From assembly GCA_028534125.1 (NCBI GenBank), contig CM052817.1:92072001-92136000 (forward strand): a DNA stretch of 64,000 nucleotides, written 5' to 3'. Of this stretch, positions 36,321 through 50,669 are shown in pieces. Every line of letters starts with the position of its first letter. Within the stretch, counting starts at the first letter, position 1. Position numbers and translations under genes: made by a program. Source of the stretch: Lama glama. Taxonomy: Eukaryota. Under the pieces are notes generated by a model, which did no database searches, was not told the origin of the DNA, and saw only the letters and a program-made list of their open reading frames with translations.

Positions 36321-39084
36321 ACTAGATTTTGAACAGGGAAAACATAACTGTTACTTCACACAACTCATAAACAAACTGTCCTATTAAAATAAAAAGCCTT
36401 CAAATTATATCCTATAGAGCCATACATTCCACAGGACAAGACTCATGAAGCCTTACTTCATTGCAATGTACTAATTATGCTGCTGAAATTTTGTTAAACA
36501 TTTGTCCTATATAGATATGTAAAATAATTTGTTTTCAATTCATTACCTTTCTACCCAAAGCTTTTATTCCACAAAGATTTTCACATGACTTAGCACTACT
36601 TTTGAGTTATTCATAGCCCATAAAAATACATTTTATTTTTAAGTCTTAAAGTACAAGTTTTTCCTCTTCCTGGAACTCAGGTGTTCACTCTTAATTAACA
36701 TCGTGACTTCACTCTAAATTTTCACTTTTAAAATAAAACTATGGCTAGAAAAGAAATGCCCCCAATGAACAACTCGCAAGTAAAGTTTGCAAACCTATAA
36801 ACTATCTCTTGTAATTTTCACTTGGGCGTGTACATTAACACAAAAATGTTTACAACCACAGTAACACAAGTCAGTGAGCACAAAAGACCAACACCAGTAA
36901 AAACATGGGAAGTAACCAGTCTCCTCAGGCAGAACCTAGGACTACAGGGATATTTAGAAGCAAGTGGGAGATTTAAGAACAGTTTCCTAAATTCATTTCT
37001 TGATGACCCTGGACACACAGTATCTATTCTTTGATTTGGAATTAGAAACATGCATAAAGAGCACAAAGTAAGTGCATTCAATTTATGCCACTGAAATGAA
37101 AAACTGAATACAAATAATCAAACATTTATATAATGAACAACTTACCATTAGAGGAATACTAAGGTGGAGACTTTGAGAAATTAAGATTCTTTTTGATAAT
37201 GTAAAAATCATCCTTTTTAAATTAAGGTTTTAATCTAGAAGGCTTCCCACCAAGTACACAGAGTCACTAGAAATGTAGATGTCAATTTAAACATAGAAAA
37301 TATTTATTAATGCACACTAACTGAAGGTAAGGTGATACAGACTAATAAAGAGTTAAGAATTTGCAACAGACACAACTGCACACACTACACATATATACTA
37401 AATACATGTCCTTTAAGATTCTCATTTTGGTGATTTTATATGTAATTATTATATTGTTTCCTCTATTTAAAAAAGAAGATGATTAACCATAAAAGCAGTT
37501 TATTTTATTTAATGGGTTATATATCCCCCCCGTTTCTGTTTTATGTTCTCAATTACTTTGTTCACTGACACTCTTACGTATATGGTAAAACGCCATATAA
37601 CAACGACCACAAATTCTGAACATCTGGGTTCTAATTGATCAAGTCATACTTTTTTTCATGTGTTCCAAACAACTGCATCCTATATCCAGGGTCCCCAGAG
37701 AATCGACCCTTTTGTACTTTAAAGATTCAGGGAGCTCCTTACGCATCGCTGGTCCTTAAGTGTTACTCACGTGTCTCCTGGAGAAGACACTGACACCCGG
37801 AACATGGTGCTGGCATGCTCAGAAAGCAACAGGGAGTCTATTCTACTTGAGTACAAGGACAGGGGAGGCTGACAAAGAAACTCAAAAGAAAACACAAGTC
37901 ACATGGAGCCAGCTGCCTTTGGGATGCCTTGAAGGATTTGATTCCTTTAGAAACTCAGGTTAGAAACTGCCGCTCTAACCCCAGACGCCAGCCCCTGCTT
38001 CCAAGTTGCCATTCCCTCCATCCTCCACAGCTTTGGCCACTTCCAGACCAAACCATGGGAGCTGGTTACTACCCGTCAGGGCAGGAAGTGAATCATGCTT
38101 TACTCAACTGAAACTGCAGCAGGTTTTCAGGAAGCTAAACACAGCCAAACAAATTGAATCAGTAGCACTTATCTTGTAAAGCAGTGTCATGGGATTGTTA
38201 TTGATGACAAAGGATTAGCACTTCGGATTTACATCTCCCCAGACAGAGGAGACTTTTAAAAAGCACAAGGCACTTCACCCAGATATAGAACAAGCTCCTG
38301 AGACCACGTCTGTCTGCAGTACCAGCTCTGAGTGCTCTCGCTAATACCCCAGGCACCTCACCTCCTGGTGGAATCTCCACTCACACAATAGACCCACCTA
38401 CTGCCAGACTGATCGTCTTTCCCCTTCCTCAGCAGTTTGAAAAAGTTCTACTTGTTTTTTTTTTTTCTCAAAATGCAGGTTTATTTGTCTTCTCTTTTAT
38501 CTCTAGTGTGATCTGTGGTGATGTTTAGGGTCTTAATATAAGTAAAATCCTCATTACAGAGGAGGCCATTATCTTATATCTTTTTTTACTATAATCCCAA
38601 AGTAAATGTTTGGGGTTCCTAATTATATTGATCCAAATACTTCCCTTATATTTTCTTATTCACTCATTATTTGCTTCTCAAGTAAGACTTTTAAAAAGTG
38701 TTTCCAATAAAGGGAATGTCTACATTTATACTTTTATTTAGGGCTGCTGACCACATAAAAATCAAATCTCCAAAAATAAACTTGAATGTAATTTTATGTT
38801 TTCAAGCATATCCTAAATATAAAAGTTAAAAAGTGTGATTTACGTAATATTTATTTCCTTCAGAAAATATTCAAATGATCCACCAGTGACAAAGCAAGGT
38901 ACTGCAAATCAGAAATCCTTTGTAAAGTACAAAGTTTTTTTTAAATCATGAAACACATTAAAATAATATAATATATTAATAATTATAATATAATAAACAT
39001 ATTAAAATAATAAGGGAATACAGAAACTGTTCTAATCTGACACTACCTTCCCAAGTTCACTAAATATAAATTTAAAAGTTTCTA

Positions 39085-39258
39085 GGGGGAAGATACATCT
39101 CAAGTGGTAGAGCACATGCTTAGCATGCACAGGGTCCTAGGTTCAATCCCCAGTACCTCCTCTAAAAATATATAAATAAGCCTAATTACCACGTCCCTAA
39201 GAAAAAGTAAAAAAAAAAGAAAAAGAAAAAAAAAGTGAATTCCTTCCTAGGGGGAAAA
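39085..39258 (+). mobile_element. tRNA(Ala)-derived camelid SINE (Vic-1 type)
   Basis: ggggga...ctcaagtggtagagcacatgcttagcatgca...B box ggttcaatcc (39140-39149), ccagtacctcc, A-rich tail; 11-bp TSD aaaagtttcta at 39074-39084 / 39259-39269. Confidence 0.9.
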
Positions 39259-39692
39259 AAAAGTTTCTAAAAGATAGCTATATCCTTAATGAAGTTATAA
39301 AAGCCTGGGATTATTCAAGGAGGAAAATACATTCTCTGAGTATATCAGACAATATGAGGTCAACAGTTCAGATTAAAAGGGTAATTTTTTCTAGGAACTC
39401 TCTGAGCATTTTGTGTGTAAATGTTTTTAAGGCTTCTCTCAGATCATCATACCCAGTAATATATGCAAATATACAAAGAAGTTCAACCCTAAAAGAACAC
39501 ACTAAATTCGTTTTTAAATGATCTAGAATGAGAAACATGACATCCACAGCAGGGGTGTCTTCAGCATCTATAGCCAGACGTTTGCCACAAAAGATTTTCT
39601 CTCCAGTATCATCTACAACCCATAAGGCAAAATAAATAAGGCTTTTTCCTACGGAAAAAAAAGAAAAACCTGTGCTCAGTCTTTTAAAAAAA

Positions 39693-39920
39693 TAATAGTC
39701 ATGAGCACAGACTATGGAAGCTGACTGCCTGAGTTCAAACCCCAGCTTGAACCAGTTACTAGTTGTATGACCCTGGCCACGTCACTTAGCCTCTTTTGCA
39801 TCTCAGTTCTTCATCTGTACCCCTACTTCATTGGTTGCTTTAAGAGTAAATGAGCTAATAAGCATAAAATGCTTAGTACAGGGTCTGATACATAGTGAGC
39901 ACCATATATGTATTAGCTAA
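39693..39920 (+). mobile_element. MIR SINE
   Basis: gactgcctgagttcaaacccagct...ttactagttgtatgaccctgg...ctcagttcttcatctgta...taaatgagctaata...catagtgagcac. Confidence 0.9.
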
Positions 39921-42900
39921 AAACAATTATATATACACATACTATGTTAAGGATCTGGTAGTAGAACCATGACCTTAACCTTGACTATCTTTGCAAGGAC
40001 TTCTATACTAGTTTGAAAAAAATGAGTTCCTAACAAGATAGAAGTCTATAACATCGCAAACATGTTGGACAGCCGTGATTCCTTCCTCTGGTCAATATTT
40101 ATATCCCAGCCCACTGGAACTGAACCAGCTATAGCAGGGGAAGAGGGTAGAACACTCTCTCCAGTTGCAAAAATATCATACCTGAGAGCCACTTCTGATC
40201 AAGTGATCCAGGTTGACCAGGTTCTCACCCTCCTCTGGCCTCTGATGGCACAGGGGAAGGACACAGGGTCTTACGTTCTAAATGCTGTCATCCAAACCAA
40301 TCAAATTATTTTTTGACAAGGGATTTGGAAATGTTTGTAGGCTTGTAGCTAGAGGACCGGTAGTTAGTAGCAGCTTCAGTTAAAGGCAGCTTCAATAGAC
40401 ATTCTGAAGTCAAAGCCTGTATGACAGCATTTCCCATAGAATTCAAGGCAAAAGTTAGGGGTGGTGCTTTCAAAATTTACTCTGAGAAGGTCCACCTCAA
40501 GGTCTTGTCCTCTGCTCCAATCTCATGTGATAGAAAAAGTAACTCAGTTTTCCATGAACTAACCCAATCTGGGGATCATTTAGAAAGATGGTACTGTAAC
40601 AAACAATTTTTAATAGATACGCTTGTGATGGAAATGTGACCATTTGTCTACTCATTTCAGGTGACATGAAAGGAACCTAGATTTAGCCATTAAAGTCTTA
40701 CAGAAATCAATTTAATTCAACTAATTTGATACCTTCCTGGATACACTTTCTCACCTTTCTTTCCTCACACCTCACAATCCATTTATGGGTATGAACTGGT
40801 GGCTCACTTAAGGTACAGCCATTACAGACTTCTTCTAGAGTTCCCTCTCAGGAGACTTTGGGCTACACAGCATTTATGCATTTCAAGAAGGGCACTCTTC
40901 TGTGGTCAAACGTCTCTAAATCTCACCATTTAGTCAACTACTATTAGCTATTCCAGAGAGGCAAATTAATAATTATTGTGGACTTGAAAAAAAGACTACC
41001 AATCACAATCACGTTTGTTTTCTAAGGTTAAAAGCTAACCAAAGTTTGACACCTACCATGTGAATCTAAGTGCCTCTCCTAATGAGTAAGGAGCAGTAGA
41101 AAATTACGGGTTACTACCGATACCTTATACAAAAAGCTGCACATCCACACTAGGTGATGTCTTACAAAACTAGTTATTAACCAAAGACTAATTAACAAAA
41201 CCTTTGGCTAAAGCGAAATCATTCTTGTTTCTCTATTTCCTTATTGATAACAGGGAACTGGTGAATATGTCTAACATAGATTAATATTTTAAGGATATCT
41301 AATCCTCAGGCCTCATGCTTCTGCATTAATCTTTTGCATTTTGTTGCATATAATCCTTTTCCCACAGTTCTAATTTTAGATATAGTTAGTCCACTCGAAT
41401 TAATCTTTTCCCATATAAAGACTGGTCCCAGCTAAGATCTAATAGTTTCTCCTTAATCTTTTTTTTCTCTACATGGAGAAACATATGGATTATGTTATTA
41501 ACTGTTTGTTTTACTCTCACTTTTTGTTTTGAAATTACTCACTGACATCTAGGGAAAAGGTGTCCTTCACCTCTTGTTCCCAGAGCTAAAGAATCACAGT
41601 AACATCTAGTTTACAACTCAACAGCATCCTTAGGAATGGGTTACACTGTGATCTTTAAATATTATTCATTAAAAAAAAAACACAGGGTGGTTTTAGGGAA
41701 AATGTAGTTTTAGTATCAAAGCAAATCTTTGGGGCTAAAAACTCTGAATCCAGACTAAGGCACAGACTTAATGGTAAGCTTTTAAAATAGTCTGCATTTT
41801 TCTAAGTTTACAGAAGAGCTATTTTACAGAAAATTCTGCCACTGGGTAGGCTACAGAGAGAAACATCAAAAGGCAAAGTCATTTTCACTTGGGCACATAA
41901 ACTATAATGAGCTCGGACTCAATTTCTTGGCTTCTTAAAGCTTTTGTTTGTTTTATTTTGCACAGTGGTCTCTGAAGCCAAGAAAGTGGTCTGTCTCTAG
42001 TTGGGCCAAAGAGGCTCAAATATTAGTGTCTCGCTGGGACTTAACCTGGGCTCAGGTACAATTTAAAATGTTAAAGATTCCTTATGTTCACATAAATAAT
42101 CCAACCTTTGAAGCCTTAGAAACCTATCTTGGCCACTTTAAAACCTATCATGTTTTTTCCCTTGGTTCTAGTAGTAAGTAAGTTCCAACGTTCTTCTGAA
42201 ATCAGTCAGAAAAATTCTTCCGCTGGCAATCATGACAAGTCCCCCATTTTGAAAGGGAAAAAGAGGTGACAGGCTAAGTAGACTCTGGAGGTGAAGGGAA
42301 AGCCTCTACTTCATTAGCCACTGATGTACTTGTATTGATAGAGACTCAATATGTCAAAGCAAAGAGTTTTACGGGTAGACTTATTTCATGAATTGCCTTT
42401 GTTCCCTCAAAGTGGCATCTACTCAAGTTTTATAAACCAAAACAAAATTTAGAAAATATCATGGTATCTGTACTTAAAAGGCGCTGAGGCAAACAATTTA
42501 TTTAAAGAAAAACACTTTAGTGACAGGAATAATCAACCTCAAATCCACTTAGGAAAATCATTTGTGAAACTGAAAGTATCATCATTTTTTAAAATAAAGC
42601 ACAGCGACATTTAACTAAATACTAAGTGAATATCTACAAGTACTTCAAGTGCTTAGAGTTTTGATTCTACTAATAAGGTCTAACCTTTCCTGAAATAACT
42701 TTTCTCGCTCGCTCATTCTTGAACATACTTTCATATTTTCTCTCTCTCAAATGTAACTTTCATTCAGTCTTCTGTTTTCTGGTTCCTAAGTCTGATCGAT
42801 TCAGAGGGATCACTTATCTGGCCATAGGAAAAAAGGCAAAGCACTGTCCACTCCATCAGAAAAATCATGTATAGGATCCATTATGACTTCCTACTACTTA

Positions 42901-44674
42901 GATCTGAGTGACATAAGGCATATAAAGAGTGAAAAAAAAAACTAAATTTGATTTTGTGGAGCAACATCTTTAAAGGATGGTTGATTTCTTTTTATGCAGC
43001 CAGACACTGCATAGACTCCCTGAATAATGAAATGAGGTGGGGAGAGGAGAACGCGCTTATAAATAAAAAAGGGGGAAAGGGATGGGGGAAAATCTTTGTA
43101 AGTTTTTTGGGGTAGAGCAAGGTGAGGTCTTTTCTATTCAATCTCAAGACACTCATGTATCACATTTCACTAATAATTCCAAAGTGAACAATGTTTGAAG
43201 TGCAAATCCCTAAGTTTGACTCCAGTTTTAAGGAAAAACCCAATTAGATTCCCCTTGAACATTTCCAAACATTTACCAATAACCACTTACTCATTTTCTC
43301 TCTTCTCAAACTTCCAACTTGAGCAGTCAAAATGCTTTTCCTTCCCAGAGGCCTTACCTTCCCCTGTTCTCAGGTTTTTCAACCATCACACTTTCTGCCT
43401 TTTCTCTCCAAAGCCTCCATGCTTCCTGCACACCTGGTCTTCATCTACCACTGTGCACACCGCCATGTACATATCAGTACCTTGAATCTATGAACAGAGC
43501 ACTAAAAAATGATAGCTACGCTGAAACAATGCCCAAGATCCTACCTTTCTGATTAGCTCCTAAATGTATCCAAGACCAAGCCCATACTGATTTATTTTTG
43601 CAGCTCCCAGCAGGTGCCTAGTGCAGTGCTCTGTCCCTGATGCAATGGCGCAGCCTCCTTCAGCTGCACGGAGTAGGTCTGTTGGGAAAGCCTCTAGGAG
43701 GGAAAAATATTCAGACATTTCCAAGTCTCTCTTAATTTGGAGAAAAATAATAACCATTAGGAAGTGCTCTTTCAAGAGCCTTTGGGACCCTGCACAAGAT
43801 ATCCCTGAGAATCACAGCAAAATCTTGGTGAAAGAACAGAAGCCAAAAGTTATCACAAAATAGAAGCTCAGGCACTTCTTTAAAAAAGCAGAACCACCAG
43901 GGAAGGTGGATTTAGTATTTAGATTTTCAGGGCTGACCAGGCCTATTTCAACTCAAATTAGTCTTGAGCTGACCCTTCTTCACACACCTTTAGCCAGTAA
44001 ACTCTGAGAGCACAAGGATCACACATTGTCCTTACTACAGAGAAGCCCGTGGTGCAGGCAGCAGAGCCCTGAGCGCCCTGAATTCCATGATCAGCATCAT
44101 GAACAGAGTAACTTTTGTCCAGCATCTGAAATCCTACAACAGCCAAGTCTTAACCAGGCTGATATCCAGTCTACAAACGCCCTACATCCAATGCAAACAG
44201 TCAAGAATCTATAACGCAGAAGAGGCAAATTCTTCTAAAAGAAATGACTCATAGAAATTAATTGTCCTCTAATGTTCTTTAATTTAAAAAACTGGGCAAA
44301 GACTTTGGTTTTTTAATTAAGCTCAACTTTAACTTAATTTTTCAATATCCTGAAGTTTTGACGTTCAATTCGTGCAGATTCTATTAAAAGACACTCCAAC
44401 ACATATCAGAACAAATTAATATTAATATATATAAACTGATAAATATTCAATAGAGAACTTTTTTTACAAAATAAAAGCTATTAAAATGTGTATATTTAGA
44501 AACAATAAAGAATTCACCACAATTTATTAGTAATTACATGGCTTTACTTCCTCTCATGTCCTTCACAAGAATCCAAATTATATTATACATGTATACTTAC
44601 TTAGACACAAGGCAAACCAACTGACCACAGCACTCCCAAGTAGAGGAGAATGTACAAGTTTTAAAGAGGCAACA

Positions 44675-45193
44675 GCCAAGACATGGAAACAACCTAAGTG
44701 TCCATCAACACATGAATGGATAAAGAAAATGTGGTAACATATGTATCATGGAATATTACTCAGCCATAAAAACAAATGAAATAATGACATTTGCAGCAAC
44801 ATGGATGTACCTAGAGATTATTATATTAAGTGAAGTAAGTCAGAGAAAGACAAATATCATATCTCTTATATGTGGAACCTAAATAAAGATGCAAATGAAC
44901 TTATTTATAAACCAGAAACAGACTGTTCATAGACATAGAAAACAAACTATGGTTACCAAAGGGGAAACAGGTGGGACAAGGGATAAACTGGGAGTTTGAG
45001 ATTAGCATATATACACTACTATGTATAAAATAAACAACAAAGACCTACTGTATAGCATAGGGAACTATGTTAAATATCTTAAATAACCTATAATGGAAAA
45101 GAATCTAAAAAAGAATATATATATGTATAACTGAAATAGTGTGTTGTACACCCAAAACTAACACAACATTGTAAATCAACTATACATCAATAA
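44675..45193 (+). mobile_element. 5'-truncated L1 (decayed ORF2 C-terminus + 3' UTR)
   Basis: Encodes AKTWKQPKCPSTHEWIKKMW then stops/frameshifts; 12-bp TSD aaagaggcaaca at 44663-44674 / 45194-45205. Confidence 0.97.
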
Positions 45194-45439
45194 AAAGAGG
45201 CAACACCATAATTCAATTTAATGGACCCTTTAAACAATAATAATAATAGACTGTAATATGCACTGCAAAAACAACAACTACTGCAAAACCACAAATACTG
45301 AATATATTCTTATCTCCAAGAAGCTTATCAACTACTTCAAGGAGCCCCTCTCTTGAATGTGAGATTTCCTAGCCACCTCCCTACCTTCCCACGCATGCTG
45401 TTTTTTCCTGTCCAGCCAGCCTCTTCTCTTCCACTCTTC

Positions 45440-46535
45440 TTATTCACTGCCTCTACACACACCACCCCACTACAATGACACTGACAAAAAGCCAGAAACT
45501 CCCAGTTGCCAAATCCCAGGACATTGTGTGGTCCTCACCTTGCTGGATGTGATACCACCAATGACACTCTCCTTAGTTTTCAATATACCACTCTCCTGGG
45601 ACTCCTCACCAATTGCACTATTCCTTCTCTATCTCCTTTTGAGGATCTCCTCCTCAAAAAACACACTGAATGCTGTTTTCCAAGTTCCTCCCCTCATTTT
45701 CTTTTTTCACGTTATACACCCTTCACCAATTTCATCTACTCTGAAAACACCTTTGATGTCTCCACCTGCAACCCAGACCTCTGGGCTAAATTCTAGGCCT
45801 GTATATTCAAATGACCATTGGACATCCCTTCAGGATGGACCATAATCTCATTAAGCTTTGCACGTCCAAAGATGAACTGATCAGCTTTCCTCAAAAACCT
45901 AAGGCATTTCCTATATTGAGTATGATGCCATCAGCAAGCCAGAAACCTAGAAGTCATCTCTGATTGTTCTCAATAATCCCTGTCTACTCAGTGAATTACC
46001 TCCTTAATATTTTTTGAAAATGGTCTCATGTCGCTATACCTACCACTCTCCTACTTCAAGCTTTTCAATATCTCCTGCTGGAGTTATTCAATAATCCCCT
46101 AACTGACCTCCCTGCCTCCAGTCCTTGTCTCAAGACCATCCTTCATATGGTTGAAAGAGTGCTTTACCTAAAGTCAGCTGGCCATCTTACTTACAACCCT
46201 TATTTACAACCTTTTAATGGTTTCTCTTCATCTATATTATAAGATTTAAGCTCTTGAGCATGGATATAAGGCCCTCTGCCTCCTAATACCTGTCCATCTT
46301 ACCAGCCTCTTCTTCCACCATTTCTACCCAAACTTCTGTCTCAACAACACTAAGCAACTTCTGATTCCATTTTGATGCCCTCTGTTCCACACCTTTATCC
46401 TTCATCCACCCAAATACCCTTGAAGCTCTTCCAGGGCAGGGGCAGGGGCAGTAGCCCAACTGTGGTTGTCATTTCAACGCTTAGCCCAGCATCTGCCTCA
46501 TTAAAGCTTCCCTGTGAATGGTCAGTGATAAATAA
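45440..46535 (+). mobile_element. L2 LINE (about 1.1 kb, to the 3' end)
   Basis: gttgccaaatcc, cccagacctct, tgtatattcaaatgaccattggacatc, caagccagaaacctagaagtcatc, ctaactgacctccctgcctccagtc, gaagctcttccagggcagg. Confidence 0.85.
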
Positions 46536-46814
46536 TGGAAGACAGTATATGGCAAGTCCAAAATGAATGACACTGATAGAAAGTGTTGAAGGAATTTGGA
46601 CTTGTGCTGAAAGTCCCTGCAATGGGGTCTCTACATGCTAAATACTTCCCACACGAGAAGTACAGGAGAGCCTGCAAAAGCTCGACTCCTCCTTATAACA
46701 CCCACCACACACTTAGAGTCATGCTCTTACTTATTTTTTGGCGGGGGGAGAAGACATGTTGGCTCCCTGCTGAGCCTGCCATCCCAAGTCACAACAGTGG
46801 GCATCTTGGTGATG

Positions 46815-47030
46815 TGCTACTAATAACCTTTGACATTTATAGAATGTTTATTGTGTATCTAGAACTTTACTGAAAATTCTGCATGAATTATACCTCTCAG
46901 CCTGCATATCAGCACCGTGAGGATGGAACTATCATTAATCCTGCTTTACAGGTGGAGAGACTGAGGCCCAGAAAGTAAGTAACTTCACTTAAGGCAGAGA
47001 TTTACTCTTAAGAACACTATTCAGTAGACT
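46815..47030 (-). mobile_element. MIR SINE
   Basis: gacatttatagaatgtttattgtgt...ctttacaggtggagagactgaggcccagaaagtaagtaactt. Confidence 0.85.
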
Positions 47031-47399
47031 GCAAGCCAAGCCTCCATGCATATTCCACTTAGTTTCCAAAACTGTAGGTGTGTATCAAGAAATTACCATG
47101 AATGAAAGGTCAGAAGAACCTATGGTGTCACCAACCCTTGGAGCCACTGCTCTCACCAAATAAAGTCACTCTTCTAAATTACAGAATCACTGTCTTCATC
47201 ACAGACAGTGTCACCGACACAAGATCTAAGTGACAAGACAGACAGCTCCTCTTCTCCCCAGTGAGGCCCCTCTCCCTGTGCCCCGACTCTCCTTAGTCTT
47301 CTTATCTGTCCACATTCCTCTCTGGTTTGCTCCAAACTTCTCCTCCCACCTTTGATTATGAAGGGTGTTTTAGAACATAAAAGAGGCAAGATCTCTTCT

Positions 47400-47490
47400 T
47401 CATGGCAACAACACTCATCATGTCAGGAGGTGCAGAAGCCCAAAGTATCCATAAAGAAGGATTTAGATAAATTTATGGAGAGAACACAAG
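47400..47490 (+). mobile_element. Possible CR1/L3-type 3' fragment
   Basis: aagaaggatttagataaatttatgga resembles the CR1/L3 ORF2 end (KKDLDKFM in the ORF track). Confidence 0.45.
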
Positions 47491-47564
47491 GGAAGGATGG
47501 AGAGGGAGGTATGGAACTTGAAGAGGAAACCTTGTGCCAAGGGACAACCATGCTTGGCTATAAG

Positions 47565-47690
47565 ATTAAGTATGTCGACAGGTGTGTACTGAGCACCAAC
47601 TATGTCCAAAGCACTATTCTGGGCCCAGAAGACAGCAGGGAATGTAAGACAAAACTCCCTGCCTTTGTGGAGCTTCAAGCTCTGACCACT
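47565..47690 (-). mobile_element. L2 3' end
   Basis: tactgagcaccaactatgtccaaagcactattctggg...aagacaaaactccctgcctttgtggagctt. Confidence 0.8.
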
Positions 47691-48265
47691 AGTTATTGCT
47701 GTTGCGAGCGTCTGTGCACCTCATGCAACCAGATCTGTGAGGCAGCGGCTTCCTCCTAACTTTGAGGACCTGGCCCTCTTGGAAAATCCTCTCTCTGTGT
47801 GCTTTCCAAAGGAAAAAAAAAAGGCACATTTTATACCTAATAGTTTGTGCAACTTTATTTTAAAAAAAAAGTGCACACATGTAGGCTCTCACCAGGCATA
47901 GCTCCAAAGGCAGCTACACTAGACCTTTAGATTTGTGCCCAAAACCCAAATGAGATTTTGACTTTGGTAATCTGGGAGAGGAAAAAATTGTACATGGTAC
48001 ATTTTGAGAACAGCCATGGCTCTCAGGCCACATATAGGAGTCAGGCAACCCAGAAGTGACCCCTAGCAACCCAGAACCGACATCCGGTTCTTAAGGTCAG
48101 GGCAGAGCAGAGAAAGCCAGTCAGGGAATAATTGGTAAAAAGTAGCAGCTCGGAGTGGACCTTCAAGATTTCCCTTCAACCATGCTCTTCCAGAACAAGG
48201 AAATCATCTTCCAAAGTCCTAAATCCATCAGTCTCCTCCTAGGATCAACATTGAGAAGTAATTAG

Positions 48266-48506
48266 ACACAATGGTTAGTCACACGTACTCTGGAGCAATA
48301 CTGTCTGGGTTTGAATCCCTGTTCTACCACTGATCAACCTTGGCAAGTAATCAAGGCTCTTTGGGACTCAGTAGCCTCATCTTTTAAATGGAAACAATAA
48401 TTATAACTTCCTCATAGGATGGTTGTGAAAATTATAAGAGACGATAGCATGTAAAGCATTTAAAACAGTGTCTGGCACTCAGGAAATGTGAGCTGTTACT
48501 ATTATC
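48266..48506 (+). mobile_element. MIR SINE (near full length)
   Basis: actctggagc...ctgggtttgaatccctgttctaccact...cctcataggatggttgtga...tgtaaagcatttaaaacagtgtctggcac. Confidence 0.9.
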
Positions 48507-50669
48507 GCTTTTTCCATCAGTAGGATCGGGGGGGGGGGCCATCCAGGCCATAGCAAATTCTAGAAGCTCCATAGCTGCTATATAAATGAACAGCTGAGAA
48601 GCATGAACTGTCCCATTCTGAGGAAAACCCAAAATTCAACTAAATTTCTAAACACACACCCACAGCCCACCAATTCTCACACATGCCTTCTTTCTCTGAG
48701 ACAACTATTTTTTTCAACGGATTAAGTCGAAACTGATTTTGACTGCAATATATATTTTCAAAAGGTGAAAGCAAAGCAAAGGATAGGTTTTTCCTTCTTA
48801 ATTTTTGCCCCTGGCCCTCTGGAAGGATGGGCTGAGTCTCTGTCTGCCAGAGAGCTGAAAGAAATAAAAAACAAAATGGGAACAAGAGGAATTTTCAGGC
48901 TGGTAGCCAATCAGTATAGCAACTAAAAGAACCAAACTATAAGCAGTCATCTACAATCAAAACACCCTAATATTAGTCACTATTCTAATGAATCTGCAAT
49001 GGTGGAAGGACCCTGATAATAAGTCTAAGCAGGCGTTACCTGAAGCATAGACACAAGAGATGGATGAGAAAAAAAATTAACTTAGAAAAAAACCCATCTG
49101 CAAACTTAAAGCCAAGCAGGTAAGGTTTTTTGTTTGTTTTAGGGGGGTTTTGGTTTGTTTTATTTTTTAATTGTGGCATGGGACAAGAGGTTTATCAATG
49201 TATCACAGCAGTAGAATCACCTGTGAAAATCCCCAGGCCTACAACAAACATTAAACGCAACCAAGTTCATCTCTCTTGCCCTTTAATTTGATTGAAGTGA
49301 CTTTTATCTTTCACCTTAGAGTTATAAAAGAATATGAGTTGTGAGCAAAACAATCAGAACCTGCCTTAATTCTGGGGCCTTCTCCTCTTTTTCCCATATG
49401 CTTGTCAAAACTACTCCAAGTGAACCAGAGAGAAAGTCTGCCTGCCCAAAGAGGAGGGTGCAGGGACCGAAAAATGGCTATGTACCCGCTAGACGGTGTA
49501 CTCCACCTGAAAAGTTTTCTCTTATTTCTCTTGCTTTATTCAAGCATTCTAATTTGTGAAATTCTTTACTTAGAAAATCTACTGGTAAACCTACTACAAA
49601 GTAAAAATCTTTAGAACTGAAGAAACAATATCTATGTTTACAGACTATGTCCTCATTGTTTGCATAGATTCCTATAAAACAGCCTACTGATTATCTACAT
49701 AATTTTATCTGCCCAAATGCACATTTCTAAAGGAAATTCAGCTAAAAGTGGTATGGTAGTACGTTGTTTGAGACAGTCTACTACCAAGAAACTGAGAGTC
49801 TAAAACATCACCCTGTGGGTCACCTACACATAAGCTACCACAAAGGCCTGTGAACTGAAGTTTGTATAATGATTTTCAAAAACTGATTAAAATCCTTGGG
49901 ATATCATTTGGCCTTACTGAAGGAAGGGTTTTGTTTACAAATCATTAAGAAATAGTATAAAAATAGTACACCTTGGTTTCATTCCTGGATGGTAGATGGA
50001 TAAGAGCCAAGTGAAAGACAAGAGAAAAAGGCTTCAACCAACTAGAAGAAAAGCTGGGTTTTCTAGCCATGTTTATGACTCCAGCCCTGAAATTTGGGAC
50101 TAATGCTATAATTAGTAAGGATGTGATGAAATATCTCAGCCAATGTTACAGTTCAGTCCATTCAAGAAATATCTTTTGAGCTCCTCCTACACATCAGGCC
50201 CAATCTCTGCTTTAAAGGAGCCCATCATGCAGTGTTGGCCATTCACCCACAAGCAACGCAGGACAAGGACCACTCATGCATATGGTGCTAGGACAGCACC
50301 AATGACGGAAGGAGAGGCCCAGTCTTCTGAAGAGAGGACCAGCAGAATTAGGAAACATTCCTTCTTGTCCTGCTGACTTGCCTAATTTTGCACATCCTAT
50401 TTCCAAGCAGGGCACTTGAACATACGCATTAAGTTTATACACTGTGATCTGCTAGACAAAACTGTCCGGCTATTTCAAGTGAAGGTTGAGCCCTCTTCTG
50501 TGTCTGTTGTGGCGGGGCCTCTAGGTAGCCAGGAAGAAGGAAGCAGATATTCCTAGGATTTAAGGTGGTACCAGCATGGCTACACGAAGTTACTAAACAC
50601 TTGCATTTTAGAAACGTTTCCTTCCTATGGTCCAATGTCCTTACAAATCAATACAATCAAACCTCGAGT

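Noticed and set aside
39085..39160. tRNA-Ala(AGC) gene
   Set aside because: Degraded A box/acceptor stem, SINE body, A tail and TSD identify it as a SINE head
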